DNA of 64,000 bases from Octopus sinensis (taxonomy: Eukaryota): positions 169,384,001 through 169,448,000 of the forward strand of contig NC_042999.1 in the NCBI RefSeq assembly GCF_006345805.1, in the 5' to 3' direction. Position numbers and translations under genes: made by a program. Shown piece by piece: positions 40,299-52,269 of this stretch; the first letter of the stretch is position 1, and each line of letters starts with the position of its first letter. Below the pieces are notes generated by a model. That model did no database searches and was not told the DNA's origin. It worked only from the letters and a program-made list of their open reading frames with translations.

Positions 40299-40510
40299 TA
40301 GCAATACTGCTTTATATTTAAAACACTGTAAAAGCTTGAGGTCTGAAAACCTACAAAGCTATGAGTGTGAAAAATATGCAAGGAAATCATAGTTGACTAT
40401 TTGGCTAGAATATAATTTAAAAGTACTTAGTAAGAAGAATTGAGAATACATATATGTATATGAGTTAGTTTTATTTAGCCAAATGTTTGAGTGAGTGACT
40501 TACTCTTTAG

Positions 40511-40721
40511 TCTCTTTTACTCTTTTACTTGTTTCAGTCATTTGACTGCGGCCATGCTGGAGCACCGCCTTTAGTCGAGCAAATTGACCCCGGGACTTAT
40601 TCTTTGTAAGCCCAGTACTTATTCTATCGGTCTCTTTTTGCCGAACCGCTAAGTGACGGGGACGTAAACACACCAGCATCGGTTGTCAAGCAATGCTAGG
40701 GGGACAAACACAGACACACAA

Positions 40722-40752
<31 letters not shown>

Positions 40753-40922
40753 CATATATACGACAGGCTTCTTTCAGTTTCCGTCTACCAAATCCACTCA
40801 CAAGGCTTTGGTCGGCCCGGGGCTATAGCAGAAGACACTTGCCCAAGGTGCCATGCAGTGGGACTGAACCCGGAACCATGAGGTTGGTAGCAAGCTACTT
40901 ACCACACAGCCACTCCTGCGCC
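40511..40922 (-). mobile_element. SINE family B, full length, tail-to-tail with 39898
   Basis: Near-perfect reverse complement of 39898-40298. Confidence 0.92.
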
Positions 40923-42135
40923 TTGTGCATAGTCATAGTCATTTATGCCTGTGAATTGGTACAATATATACCTGTGGGTCAGTAGTTGTTTGCATATTCA
41001 TGTGAATCTGAATAGGAGTTTTATAGTGAACCAGTTCAGCTATTTTCTATGCTTCTAAGCAAAAGCAGCTGAAGTTGACTGTAGTCATTTTATGTATGCT
41101 GCAAGCAATGATTTTGTTTACGAGATACCTGTATTCTTGTTGTGTGTATGCTAGATACCTGAAATTATGTGAAATGCATGTGAATGTATACATGTTGATA
41201 TTTGTGCAATATATACATGTTCAGATGTATGCATGTGAAAGTAGAAAGAAGGTGAAATCAGTAAAAGGTATTATTATTTTTTTTTTTTTTTTTTTTTGCA
41301 AGAAAAGGAGTTTACTGGTTACTTTGGTGGGTATTTATGACGTTGGTGGTCTGCTATGTTAGTGTTCTTTTAGAAGTTGATGAAAATCTGTGTAGTGTTT
41401 TTGAGACAGTGTATTGATAGGCTGTGAACAAAGGGAAAGATCACTGATGGAAAAGAAATTTACAGAGAAAGTTTCACCAACATGGTAGTGTTGTTTTTGG
41501 AGTTGTTTAGTACATTGAGACGTTGTATAGTCTTCTTGAGACTGGATCACCATTGTAACATAGAAATATTTTGGTTTGGTTAGATATGTACAAAATGGTT
41601 GTATGAAGTTCCAAATATGAAATATATATCATTTACAAAAATGTCATTGTGATGAATGACAGAAAAAAGATATTTAAGCCAAGTGAGTCAGTTTGTGTGC
41701 TCATGAGAGATGTGTATGTGTGTCTGCAATGACAGTTGCTGGGCATACCACAAATTCTTGCAGCAAGCTAACTTTAGCTGTATCATGACCACTGTCTAGC
41801 TAGTAGGCACACCATCTATATATAGTTAATGCCTGTCAAAGAAAATATACCAAAGACATAATTGTTAATAAGATTTCAATATGTTGTTTGTCCAAAAAAT
41901 ACTTGTTTACAATGCTGGGCTTCTAATGAATTAAATATCTGTTGGTTCTATTGTTGTTTTCACTGGTCACACTGGCTACTGATTAAAAAAACAAGCTTTA
42001 ATATGTTTATTAGAGACTTGATGATGTCATCAATCTTTGACAACCTTCTGTTTATTGTTTAGTTCTTTCTACATCTGAACACATCTGACTGGGGTTCAAT
42101 TCCTTGTGTTTGGAGTTCTGCTAATATTTCTGGTA

Positions 42136-42533
42136 CATCATCAGCATCATCATCATCATCGTTTAACGTCCGTTTTCCGTGCTAGCACGGGCTGGACGGT
42201 TCGACCGGGGTCTGGGAAGCCAGGAGGCTGCACCAGGCTCCAGTCTGATCTGGCAGTGTTTCTACAGCTGGATGCCCTTCTAATGCCAACCACTCTGCGA
42301 GTGTAGTGGGTGCTTTTATGTGCCACCAGCACAGGTGCCAGGGGAATCTGGCATCGGCCACGATCGGTTGGTGCTTTTAATGTGCCACTGGCACGGAAGC
42401 CAGCCAAGGCGGCGCTGGCATCGGCCACATTCGGATGGTGCTTTTTATGTGCCACCGGCACAGAAGCCAGTCGAGGCGGTGCTGGCATCGGCCACGTTCG
42501 GATGGTGCTTTTTATGTGCCACCGGCACAGGTG
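42136..42533 (-). mobile_element. RTE 3'-end copy with 3-4 repeat units
   Basis: (CAT)n tail plus core. Confidence 0.9.
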
Positions 42534-43030
42534 TTGTTGTTGTTATTATTATTTAGATACAACTTTGTGTTTTTGTCCTAATGTAAGAGATGTCATTGAA
42601 GTGGCATCGTCTTCAGAGCATTTGTTTGGCACTTTACATTCTGAGTTGAAGTCCTATCAAGTTCTACATAGTCTTTCATCCCTCAAAGATTGATAATTTA
42701 AAGTATGAGGATTGATTTAATTAACTAACCCTTCAACACAAAATTTCTGATTCATTAGACTATTGGACAGGTGTTATGTATAGTTCTTCACATTTTGAGT
42801 TTAAACCCTACCAAGGACAATTTTACTTTTCCCCCTTCTGGTGTTGATAAAATAAATTAGCAGAGACACGCTAGGTTGATTTAATCAGCTAATCCCATCT
42901 CCAAATTTGTCCAAATGCATGACTTTCTGCCTATGTTAGAAATTATGTTAGAAATTCTGCCCATGTTAGAAATTACTGTTGTTGTTGTTATTACTACAAC
43001 TTCTACTTTGCAGAAACACATCAGACTAAA

Positions 43031-43948
43031 TATTGGATCATCTCATAAATAATAATGCAGTTTTTTTCAATTATATGAACTAAAAATTGGAGGGGGACAG
43101 GATAAACTACCTGCATCAACTTGCTATAAAAGCAGGTAGTACTTTTACCTTGAACTTATTCTTAGTGCAAGTTTTGAAGGGTGCAGTTTGATTTTAGCAG
43201 TTATTTTTTTAAAGCTATAATGGAAGTGACAAAGGGGCTTATTCTGCATATTTTGCTTTATGAGTTCAATAAAGACAAAAATGCAATGGAAAGTGTGAGG
43301 AATATTATTGCAGTATCTGGGGATTGGACAATAAGTATAAGCCAGTCCCAACGGTGGTTCCAGAAATTCTGAGCTGGAAACTACAGCCTAGAAGATGAGC
43401 CACATCCTGGAAGATCTGTAGGGCTTGATGAGGATGTCTTGCAAACCCTGATGGAACAAATTCTCATCATAACTGTTGAGGAACTAGTAGAGAAGCTTGG
43501 ATTTGGTCATTCAACAAATCATTCAAGTTAGTGTTAGAAGAAAAACGATCATTTTTGGTTTCAAGACGAAATGTGTTCTTCCATCAGGATAATGCTTGGC
43601 CACATACAGTGAGGATGACATTCCAAAAGTTGGAGCAGTTTGAATAGGAAACAATGCTCCACCTACCATATTCACTGGACATTGCCCCATCTGTTGATTA
43701 TTATTTATTCTGCAGTTTTCAAAATCATTTGGATGGAAAGAATATGAATTCTGTAGACGAGGTCAGAATAGTGCTGGAGGAGTATTTTTCATCACGGACA
43801 AGTGAATTTTGGAAGAGGGGCCTTGCATGCCTACCGAGCATTGTAGAAAAGAATATATTTTAGATTAAAAAAGAACTTTGTTTATCTTAATTTTGAAAAA
43901 TAAAAGAAGGATTAAAAAAAAACACATTATTTATGGGGTGACCCAATA
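43031..43948 (+). mobile_element. Internally deleted mariner with both TIRs and TA ends
   Basis: tattggatcatctcataaataa / ttatttatggggtgacccaata; pieces MEVTKGLILHILLYEF..QRWFQKF..YSLEDEPHPGR and FHQDNAWPH..PYSLDIAPSVDYYLF. Confidence 0.9.
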
Positions 43949-44475
43949 CAATAATTGCCAAATTTAAGTATATAACAAACTACTGATTAGGTCCACAGTG
44001 ATTTCAAAAATAATTAAATGGCATGTATGTCTTCAATTTTTGTGAGACCTTCTGATGTAGTTTATTTAATAAGGAGTATCCAAGTTTTATGCAGCTCAGA
44101 GCTTCACCATCTTCAGCAATGATTTTATTATTAAATAAAATATTACAAAGATAAGTATACCCTTTCTAGTTTACACTCTTTATTCTAACTGTAAACCCTC
44201 TTACCAATGATTCTACCTTTTCATACTCTAATATAAGGGTCACCACTATGTATAGCGTTATCCTTCCACATTTTGAACTCAAATTTTACCACAACCAACA
44301 TTTGCCTTTTATTTGTCCAGCAGGTGATAATATTTGTGTCAAGCATGTATCAAAGTCAAATTTTATCAATTATACATTCCTACGCAAATTATTGGCATTT
44401 GCCAAAGTATGACATTCATATTTGTTGCTGACAGTGTTACATTGTTGACTGAAATAACATTCTGTCTATCACCAG

Positions 44476-44565
44476 GAAGCTGATAGTTTAACAAAGGAAA
44501 ATAGAGAAGACACATTAGAACAACCTCAAACTGATGAGAGTCCTTCCAAGTCTCAAATACCTCTT
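44476..44565 (+). CDS. scrib: Scribble-like tail exon (EADSLTKENREDTLEQPQTDESPSKSQIPL)
   Basis: tctatcaccag|GAA..CTT|gtgagt; 90 nt, phase 0, open, purine-rich exon-like composition. Confidence 0.72.
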
Positions 44566-44585
44566 GTGAGTAATTTTATTGGATA

Positions 44586-44978
44586 TCTTTATATATAAAA
44601 GTTGTGTGTGTGTCTGTCTCCTACGATTTAGATTCCTAACTACTCCCACATTTTGCGGTGCAGTTTAACCAAAACCGGGTATCTTATAGTCGTGATCCAT
44701 ATCGAGCCCTTCTGGGTATTAGCGTGCGTCTACGATGAGTCTACGATTTAAAAAAATTTACCATAATTTTTTTCCATTTTAATGCATTTTTTCGCTATTA
44801 TATAAGGGAAGTAACTCTCTAAAAATGTCTACGATGAGTCAACGATTTAAAAAAAAATTTACCATCATTTTTTTTCCATTTTTAATGCATTTTTTTGCTA
44901 TTTTTTGGCTATAACTCTCTAAAAATGCTTATAATTATTTCCCTTACAAACCTGAGCAACGCCGGGCGATACTGCTAG
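44586..44978 (+). mobile_element. Non-autonomous Helitron-like element (family E)
   Basis: A|TC start, GC-rich subterminal cctgagcaacgccggg, CTAG|T end, no TSD. Confidence 0.85.
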
Positions 44979-45447
44979 TATTTTCTAAAATATTACAAAG
45001 ATAAGTATACCCTTTCTAGTTTACACTCTTTATTCTAACTGTAAACCCTCTCACCAATGATTCTACCCTTTCATACTCTAATATAAGGGTCACCACTATG
45101 TATAGCAATTATTTCCCTTTCTGACTTCACAATCCCCCCAGCTATTTGGACATGATGATTAATAAATATATTCAATGTGAAGCTGAAAGAAGATTTGAAT
45201 GACATTTATCAAACTGAAAATTTTTTGTTCCATTAATGACAGAAAATCAGACTTTTTAACTATAAAATAAACTGATGGCTGAAATAGAAATACACTTTCT
45301 ATTGTAATATTCAAGAATGAGCATTGTCTTTAGTCCATGGTGGATCTTTTCAGTTGAAAGAGATTAGTTGGGTGAAGAAGATTAGGTGTGATTGATATGG
45401 AAAGCTCTTGAAGTGGTTATAAGAAAGCTAATCTAATAGCAGCCATA

Positions 45448-45850
45448 TCTTTATATATAAAAGTGAGGTTGTGTACTGTCTGTCTCCTACGATTTAGATT
45501 CCTAACTACTCCCACATTTTGCGGTGCAGTGTAACCAAAAGCGGGTATCTTATAGTCGTGATTCATATCGAGCCCTTCTGGGTATTCACGCACATCTATG
45601 ATGAATCTACGATTTAAAAAAAAAATTACCATAATTTTTTCCCATTTTTAATCCATTTTTTTTTTTGCTATTATATAAGGGAAGTAACTCTCTAAAAATG
45701 TATTATTAAATCTCAGAACGTAAAAAGCTACAGTAACCCCCCCCCCTTGTGGTTAGCCATATTGAGATGGCTATTATACTTTACATCTCTAAAAATGCTT
45801 ATATAGTTATTTCCCTTACAAACCCAAGCAACGCCGGGTGATGCTGCTAG
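45448..45850 (+). mobile_element. Non-autonomous Helitron-like element (family E, different internal module)
   Basis: Same termini as 44586. Confidence 0.85.
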
Positions 45851-46265
45851 TTTTGTAATAAAAATTAAATACACTGTAACGAGCATTTTCAATTACTCTG
45901 TTTGTGGATGGTTTTTCCCAGAGTCTGTGAATACAACTCAGTTGTGAGGGTCAGCAATTACCAGAACACATAGAATTGCTTGAAATATTCAATATGGAGT
46001 TTAGAGGTTTAGAAACAGAAAGTATCTGGAAAGAAACATAGAAGCAAGTGTAATGATTTGGTTCAAGTGGAGCGGTTGATGCAACAGAGAATACTCCAGT
46101 AGTCTTAGCCTCAACATAATGGTAAATCAGGGTCTTTTGGTGGAAGATGGTTTAATGATCAGTCAAGTGACAGAAAATGAAACTCTTATTAAATGATTAT
46201 AAATATATGTAAAAGAATTAATTAAGACGGCTTAATTTACTTACCTTAATTTCTTGTCTAAACAG

Positions 46266-46544
46266 CGCGCCAAACTAGCACCAGGAACCAAACCACCAAT
46301 TCCTATCAAAAGAAAGTCACTCACATTACTGTCCAAAACCGCTGTAGACTCTGAGATTCCTGTAAAGAAGTGTGATACACTAAGCAACACTTACAATTCC
46401 AATGATATAAATGTAGACCACAAACCTTTAGCCTTCAGCCAAGATGCACCACTGGCCTCCACTTTACCTATTGTGCACCCTGACACTATTCAGACACTTG
46501 AAAATGCCCAACAGCTACATGATAATTCATTGCAAAATATGAAG
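46266..46544 (+). CDS. scrib: Scribble-like tail exon, 93 aa (RAKLAPGTKPPIPIKRKS..LQNMK)
   Basis: ttcttgtctaaacag|CGC..AAG|gtaaga; 279 nt open frame within ORF 46254..46622, phase 0. Confidence 0.78.
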
Positions 46545-46768
46545 GTAAGAGGAGTTTTGGAGAGTTTTTTTTTTTTTTTTTTTTTGTTTTTGCTCCACTT
46601 TTCAGAAATGTCTGCCAGTTGAGGTCAAGAGGTCAAGAAGATTTTTGTATGAGTAAAACCGATTGACTTTTAAAATCATCAGCTCTACTTGAAACAAATA
46701 AACATATGCTTTCTCCACTCCTTATCATCATTGTACCACCACCACTGTCATATCCTCCCTCTACTTCC

Positions 46769-46856
46769 CTTTATCATCATCATCACTATCTTCATCATCA
46801 CTATCTTCATCATCACTATCTTCATCATCACTATCTTCATCATCACTATCTTCATC
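46769..46856. repeat. 15-bp tandem repeat (catcactatcttcat), about 5-6 copies
   Basis: Direct reading. Confidence 0.9.
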
Positions 46857-46857
46857 A

Positions 46858-47262
46858 GGCGCAGGAGTGGCTTTGTGGTAAGTAGCTTGCTAACCAACCA
46901 CATGGTTCCGGGTTCAGTCCCACTGCGTGGCATCTTGGGCAAGTGCCTTCTGCTATAGCCCCGGGCCGACCAATGCCTTGTGAGTGGATTTGGTAGACGG
47001 AAACTGAAAGAAGCCCATCATATATATGTATATATATGTATATATGCGTGTGAGTGTTTGTGTGTCTGTGTTTGTCTCCCTAGCATTGCTTGACAACCGA
47101 TGCTGGTGTGTTTACGTCCCTGTCACTTAGCGGTTCGGCAAAAGAGACCGATAGAATAAGCACTGGGCTTACAAAGAATAAGTCCCAGGGTTAAGTTGCT
47201 CGATTAAAGGCAGTGCTCCAGCATGGCCGCAGTCAAATGACTGAAACAAGTAAAAGAATAAA
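46858..47262 (+). mobile_element. SINE family B, full length
   Basis: Homologous to 39898. Confidence 0.92.
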
Positions 47263-47604
47263 AGAAGAGAAAGAAAGAATAGCATTAGGAATTATGGCAT
47301 TTCATGGCTCAGTATGCAACTCAATGGACATTAAGTCTACATTTTTACATAGTGAACAATCGAACCGATTAGTTTCCTTGTATCCTCCTAAAGAGGCCGA
47401 TTTCCCTTCAGGTTATATATGCAAACTTTTGAAATACATAAATAACTAACTGATGCTTCAAGATTCTAGCATCTGACGATCAGAGAGGAATTAATAAAGG
47501 TAGCAGTCATCTACAAATATGATCAAACAATATTTACATGGTATTGTGGAGAAACAAACTTCATGGAACCATTCCTACTCTGATTGACGATTTCTTCTTC
47601 GCAG

Positions 47605-47643
47605 CTTCAAAGATCTTTCTTATCCAAGCAGATAGATTCGTAA
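47605..47643 (+). CDS. scrib: Putative terminal coding exon (LQRSFLSKQIDS*)
   Basis: Branch-like ctgattgac, tttcttcttcgcag|CTT..TAA in phase 0; candidate AATAAA at 48391; short, so weakly supported. Confidence 0.5.
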   Translation, partial: LQRSFLSKQIDS

Positions 47644-48043
47644 AATGCTTAAAGCCAGGTCTGAAGAAGTAACAGAATTTCACTATATTTGATTTAAATG
47701 GAAATATTGGAAAATAATGGGAATGATATGAAACTTGGACAAGATGGTTATGTAAAGAAATTGAAGCATATTTTAACAGAAGAGATCAAATCTCACCAAC
47801 ATGTTTTTTATAAAAAAATTTAATTGGAATATTAAAAAACAACATCAGAAATATAAAAAATAACCTGCAAAACAAACAATTCTTACTTCTATGTTTCAGT
47901 ACACTCAACAACACAAATTTTAGACAAAAAGAATAAGAGAAATGGCAAACAGAAAGGAAATTGCAAAGATTCCATAAATTCCAACAAATGTACAAATTGC
48001 TGACTCCTTGACAAAAACAGGTGCTTTACATCAGAGCCTACGG

Positions 48044-48262
48044 TATTCTTTTACTTGTTTCAGTCATTTGACTGTGGCCATGCTGGAGCACTGCCTTTAG
48101 TCAAGCAAATCTACCCCAAGACTTATTCTTTGTAAGCCTATTACTTATTCGATCAGTCTCTTTTGCCAAACCACTAAGTTACGGGGATGTAAATGCACCA
48201 ACCTCAGCTGTCAAGCGATGCTGGGAGGACAAACACACACACACACACACACACACATATAT
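48044..48262 (-). mobile_element. SINE family B, 3' half
   Basis: tattcttttacttgtttcagtcatttgactg.. to (CA)n. Confidence 0.85.
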
Positions 48263-48484
48263 GGCAAGGCAAACATCTTAAGTCGTATACAATATTATTA
48301 TAAGAAGAAATTCAAAGTCTTACAGCTGTTTCTGAGATATCCCTGAGTATGGGATATTCCGTCACCAGAGACAAATAGGGAAAATGAGAGAATAAAATAA
48401 TAAAGAGATGAAAAGAAAGAAGAAAAAAGAAGCATAAAAGTTCATAGTTCAACTTTCTGAAGTTATAGAAATAAGAGCAGGATA

Positions 48485-49212
48485 TTGAATGGCAGATTGA
48501 GAAATTAATTTTTTGGAACTAAACATTTTCAAACTTCAGACAATGGAAGAATGTGTCATATACAACATCATTTACTCTTAGTGTTGTTGAGAAACGTTTA
48601 TATTTTCAAAGTTATTTCATGTTAAAGTAGTTGTATTTTGGTAATTTCAACCAATCAATGACGTGTATTCAGTTGAATAAAATTACTGCTGTTGTTTGTC
48701 AACAACAACTTCCAGTGGTGTATATTTCGTTTGTCACTGTTATTTATGACATATTTCACCCCCACAATCGTTCGTGCATTTCTACTAGTTTTAGTTTCCT
48801 GTTTTTCAGCTACTATTTTCAGAAAGACTTTCCCCCCTCCCCCTCCAATTTCTTCATTTTTCACTTTTTTCCGTAACTTTAACCCTAACCCTAACTATAA
48901 AACCCTAACACCCTAAAGCTAAAACCAGTACAAACGCACGAACGATGTCATAAATAACAGTGACAAACAAAAAAAACACTGCCGGAAGTTCTTGTTGACA
49001 AACACCAGCAGTAATTTTATTCAGCTGAATACACGCCATTGATTGGTTGAAATTACTGAAATACGACAACTTTAACACAAAATAACTTCGTAAATAGAAA
49101 CTTTTCTCAACAACACTAAGAGTAAAAGATGTTTTATATGACACATTCTACCAGTGTCCGAAGTTTGAAAGTGTTTAGATACAAAAAGTTAATTTCTCGA
49201 TCTGCCGTTCAA
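48485..49212. mobile_element. Fold-back/MITE-like palindrome (arms about 300 bp) with telomeric repeats in the spacer
   Basis: ttgaatggcagattgagaaattaa.. pairs with ..ttaatttctcgatctgccgttcaa; spacer contains taaccctaaccctaac..aaccctaacaccctaa. Confidence 0.85.
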
Positions 49213-49499
49213 AGGGCAAAGATCCCAAGAGCATAAGTCCTTAGGTGCAACCCTGCGTAGATTCATGTGGGTTAAAATCCTGATGTAGTAAACATCCAGA
49301 GAAAAAAGATGCAAACATATCAATGTTCAATGAGGGAATGGTAGCAAAGGGTGGCCATTAAGGAAGGAAAGTAAGTAAATAGAAAGAGAGGTAGATGGAG
49401 TGAGGAGGGTGGATTTAGGGATTTGCTTTAGGATGAAGTAATATGTATAGGTGTATGGTGTCTAAGAATTGTGTGTGGGGTAGCTGAGAATATAAGAGA

Positions 49500-50570
49500 G
49501 AGGAAAAAATTGCCAGACCGTTCATTCAGTTCCAAGGAGGAGAAAGCTATTCAGGCTACAAGATCTCAAAAGAACCTGTGACCACCATGTTGAAAGGTGC
49601 AGGAGATTTTAAGTTAAGCCCATTGCACACAACCCCCATGTCCTGAAGAACATACCCAAGGCATCTCCCCCTGTTATATGGATGGCTAAATTCAAAAGCG
49701 TAGGTTACTGTTGTTGTTTTTGAAGATTGGTTTGTCAATCGTTTTATCCCAGCAGCAGAGAAGTACTGTAAGGAGAAAGGAAATTCCTTTTAAGGTTTTA
49801 CTTATCTTAGATAATGCTCCTGGCTACCCACAAAACATCATAGATTTTGACCCCAACGTTACCATTATATACCTCCCTCCCAACACCACGTCTCTTCTGC
49901 AGGGAATAATTATTATCTTCAAGTGTTACTATATGAAGCATATGCTGCAGCAAGCAATAGCTGCAACTGATCTTGATAAATCCATCACACTTCGTGACTT
50001 TTGGAAGAGATACAATATCTACAGAACAGAGCAGCAGCATGGAATGATGTACAGAGCACAGCTATGAATGGAAGAAGCTTTGCCCGCAATTCACGAATGA
50101 TTTTAAGGGGGTTGATAATGTTGCCATCAACAAAACATTGGTGACTATGAACAAAGAACTGCAATAGGTTTGGAGGAGGAGGAGGATTTCACAGATCTAT
50201 TTGAAAAAGACAAGCGGCCCTTGATGAACAGAGATTTGATGGAGCTTCATGAGCAGCAAAATAAAGAAGAAGAGGAAGTCGAACCTGAGCCACATCACTT
50301 TACCATTAAAAAAATGCAGCAAGCATTTGTGTATATCGAGAAAGATCTTTCTATGTTCGAGGATATGGATCCAAATGCTTAAAACTTTTCCAAGATTATG
50401 GGGGCTTGTCATGAAGCTTTTGCTCCTTATAATGTAATCCTTGAGGAAATGAAGAAGACAGTTCAAGGAACTCTCAACCAGTTTTTTAAGCACATTGAAC
50501 AACAAGAACAGCCAGAGTCATCTGTTGATGGTGATGATCTTCAGCCATCTACAGCCACGATGTAAATGAC
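49500..50570 (+). mobile_element. Decayed pogo/Tigger (DDE_1) transposase
   Basis: FEDWFVNRFIP..IPFKVLLILDNAPGYP..YLPPNTTSLLQ..GII..FKCYY..TLRDFWKRYNI. Confidence 0.88.
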
Positions 50571-51488
50571 CAAATTCCATGTACATATTGGTAAATTTAA
50601 AATAATGTAGTTTTTTTACTATTTCAAAATAATAATCATTACTGAATTTGCTTTTTAAGCTTAAAAAAGGCTTTTATTTTACCATGTCTTATTGCAAACT
50701 GCATTCATAAATAAAGCATCAGTGATGTACGGTAAACACTGCCAAATTGTATTCGTAATTGTAGATGACTTTTTTTTTTACTGAATTAAAAAATAAAAAT
50801 TCTATATTTGTAAGCTTAAAATGGGTTTTTATTAACGATGCATTATCGAAAATGCATTCATAAACAAAGTACAGAATGGTTATTGTCGGTTTAGCCTAGA
50901 GACAAGTTTAAGTCATGTCTCATGAAACCAATTAAGGACATAGGGTGAGGTATGCTCATAGTCAATTGTATTGACTCCAGTATGGGATTAGTATTTTAGT
51001 TTGTTGGTTTCTGCTTCCCCAGAAGTATGATAGACAAAGCTGACGTTGGTGAGATTTGATCTCAGAATGTAAAATCATTTAACTAAATACTGCAAATTAT
51101 TTTGTCTAGAGTGCCACTGATTCTGCCATTCAGAATACCAGTTTTGTAGGTATCTGAATTAATAGTAAGATATTTCTATATGAGAGCTTCCCCTCGCTAT
51201 GTTTGAATGATTAGCTTTTCTTGATTCATGCCAAATGAGAGCTTCCTAGGTCTCAGTTAGTTATACCTCTGTTAGAATGTTTCTTTGTGACCCTACTGCT
51301 AGTGTTATTGAAGATGAGCAAGGCAGTGGGTTGGCTGAATCATTAGCATACCATACAAAATTCTCTGACATTTAGTCTGTTTTTATGTTCTGAGTTCAAA
51401 TTCTGCTGAGGTCAACTTCACCTTTCATCTTTTTGAGGTCAACAAAATAGATACCAGTTGAGCACAGGGATCAATGTAATCATCTACC

Positions 51489-51636
51489 CCCTAGGACTTA
51501 TTCTTTGTAAGCCTAGTACTTATTCGATCAGTCTCTTTTGCCAAACCATTAAGTTACGGGGACATAAACACACCAGCATTGGTTGTCAAGCAATGTTGGG
51601 GGTACAAACACAGACACACAAACGTATACACACACA

Positions 51637-51674
<38 letters not shown>

Positions 51675-51851
51675 TACATACATATATACGACAGGCTTCT
51701 TTCAGTTTCCATCTACCAAATCCACTCACAAGGCTTTGGTCGACCCAAGGTTATAGTAGAAGACACTTACCCAAGGTGCTATGCAGTGGGACTGAACCCA
51801 AAAATATGTGGTTCATAAGCAAGCTACTTATAACGCAGCCACTCCTACGCC
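51489..51851 (-). mobile_element. SINE family B, 3'-truncated, abutting a decayed family C copy (about 51315-51488, +)
   Basis: Homology to the copies above. Confidence 0.8.
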
Positions 51852-52269
51852 TATATATATGTAGATATGTATATTAGTAAGTGTGTGTATGTTTAATATC
51901 TATATGCATGATAGATAATGGCAATGGTGTGCCTATGTGGCACATGATTGTTTGAGAAAGAGAATGAGCGTTGGGAGGCAGGCTGCCAGAATGAGTAGAG
52001 TTGGAGGGTGGATGATGAGGGAACCTTGAATTAGGGGAGACAGAGGGATGCAGAAGAGAATGGTGTATCAAGCTGCAGGTGTGGTAAATATGATACAGTT
52101 GTCAGTGGAGGAAGACGAGATAGGGAAAATGTGTGATAGTCTACAGGAGCTGGGAGGGCAGGAGAAAAAGCATGGAAGTGAACGGATGAGTTAATATAAT
52201 CTGGATGCAAAGCATAATACTTGGCTCTTCCAATTTTGCTGAGAAGGGAAAGTCTCTTTTTAGAACCGC

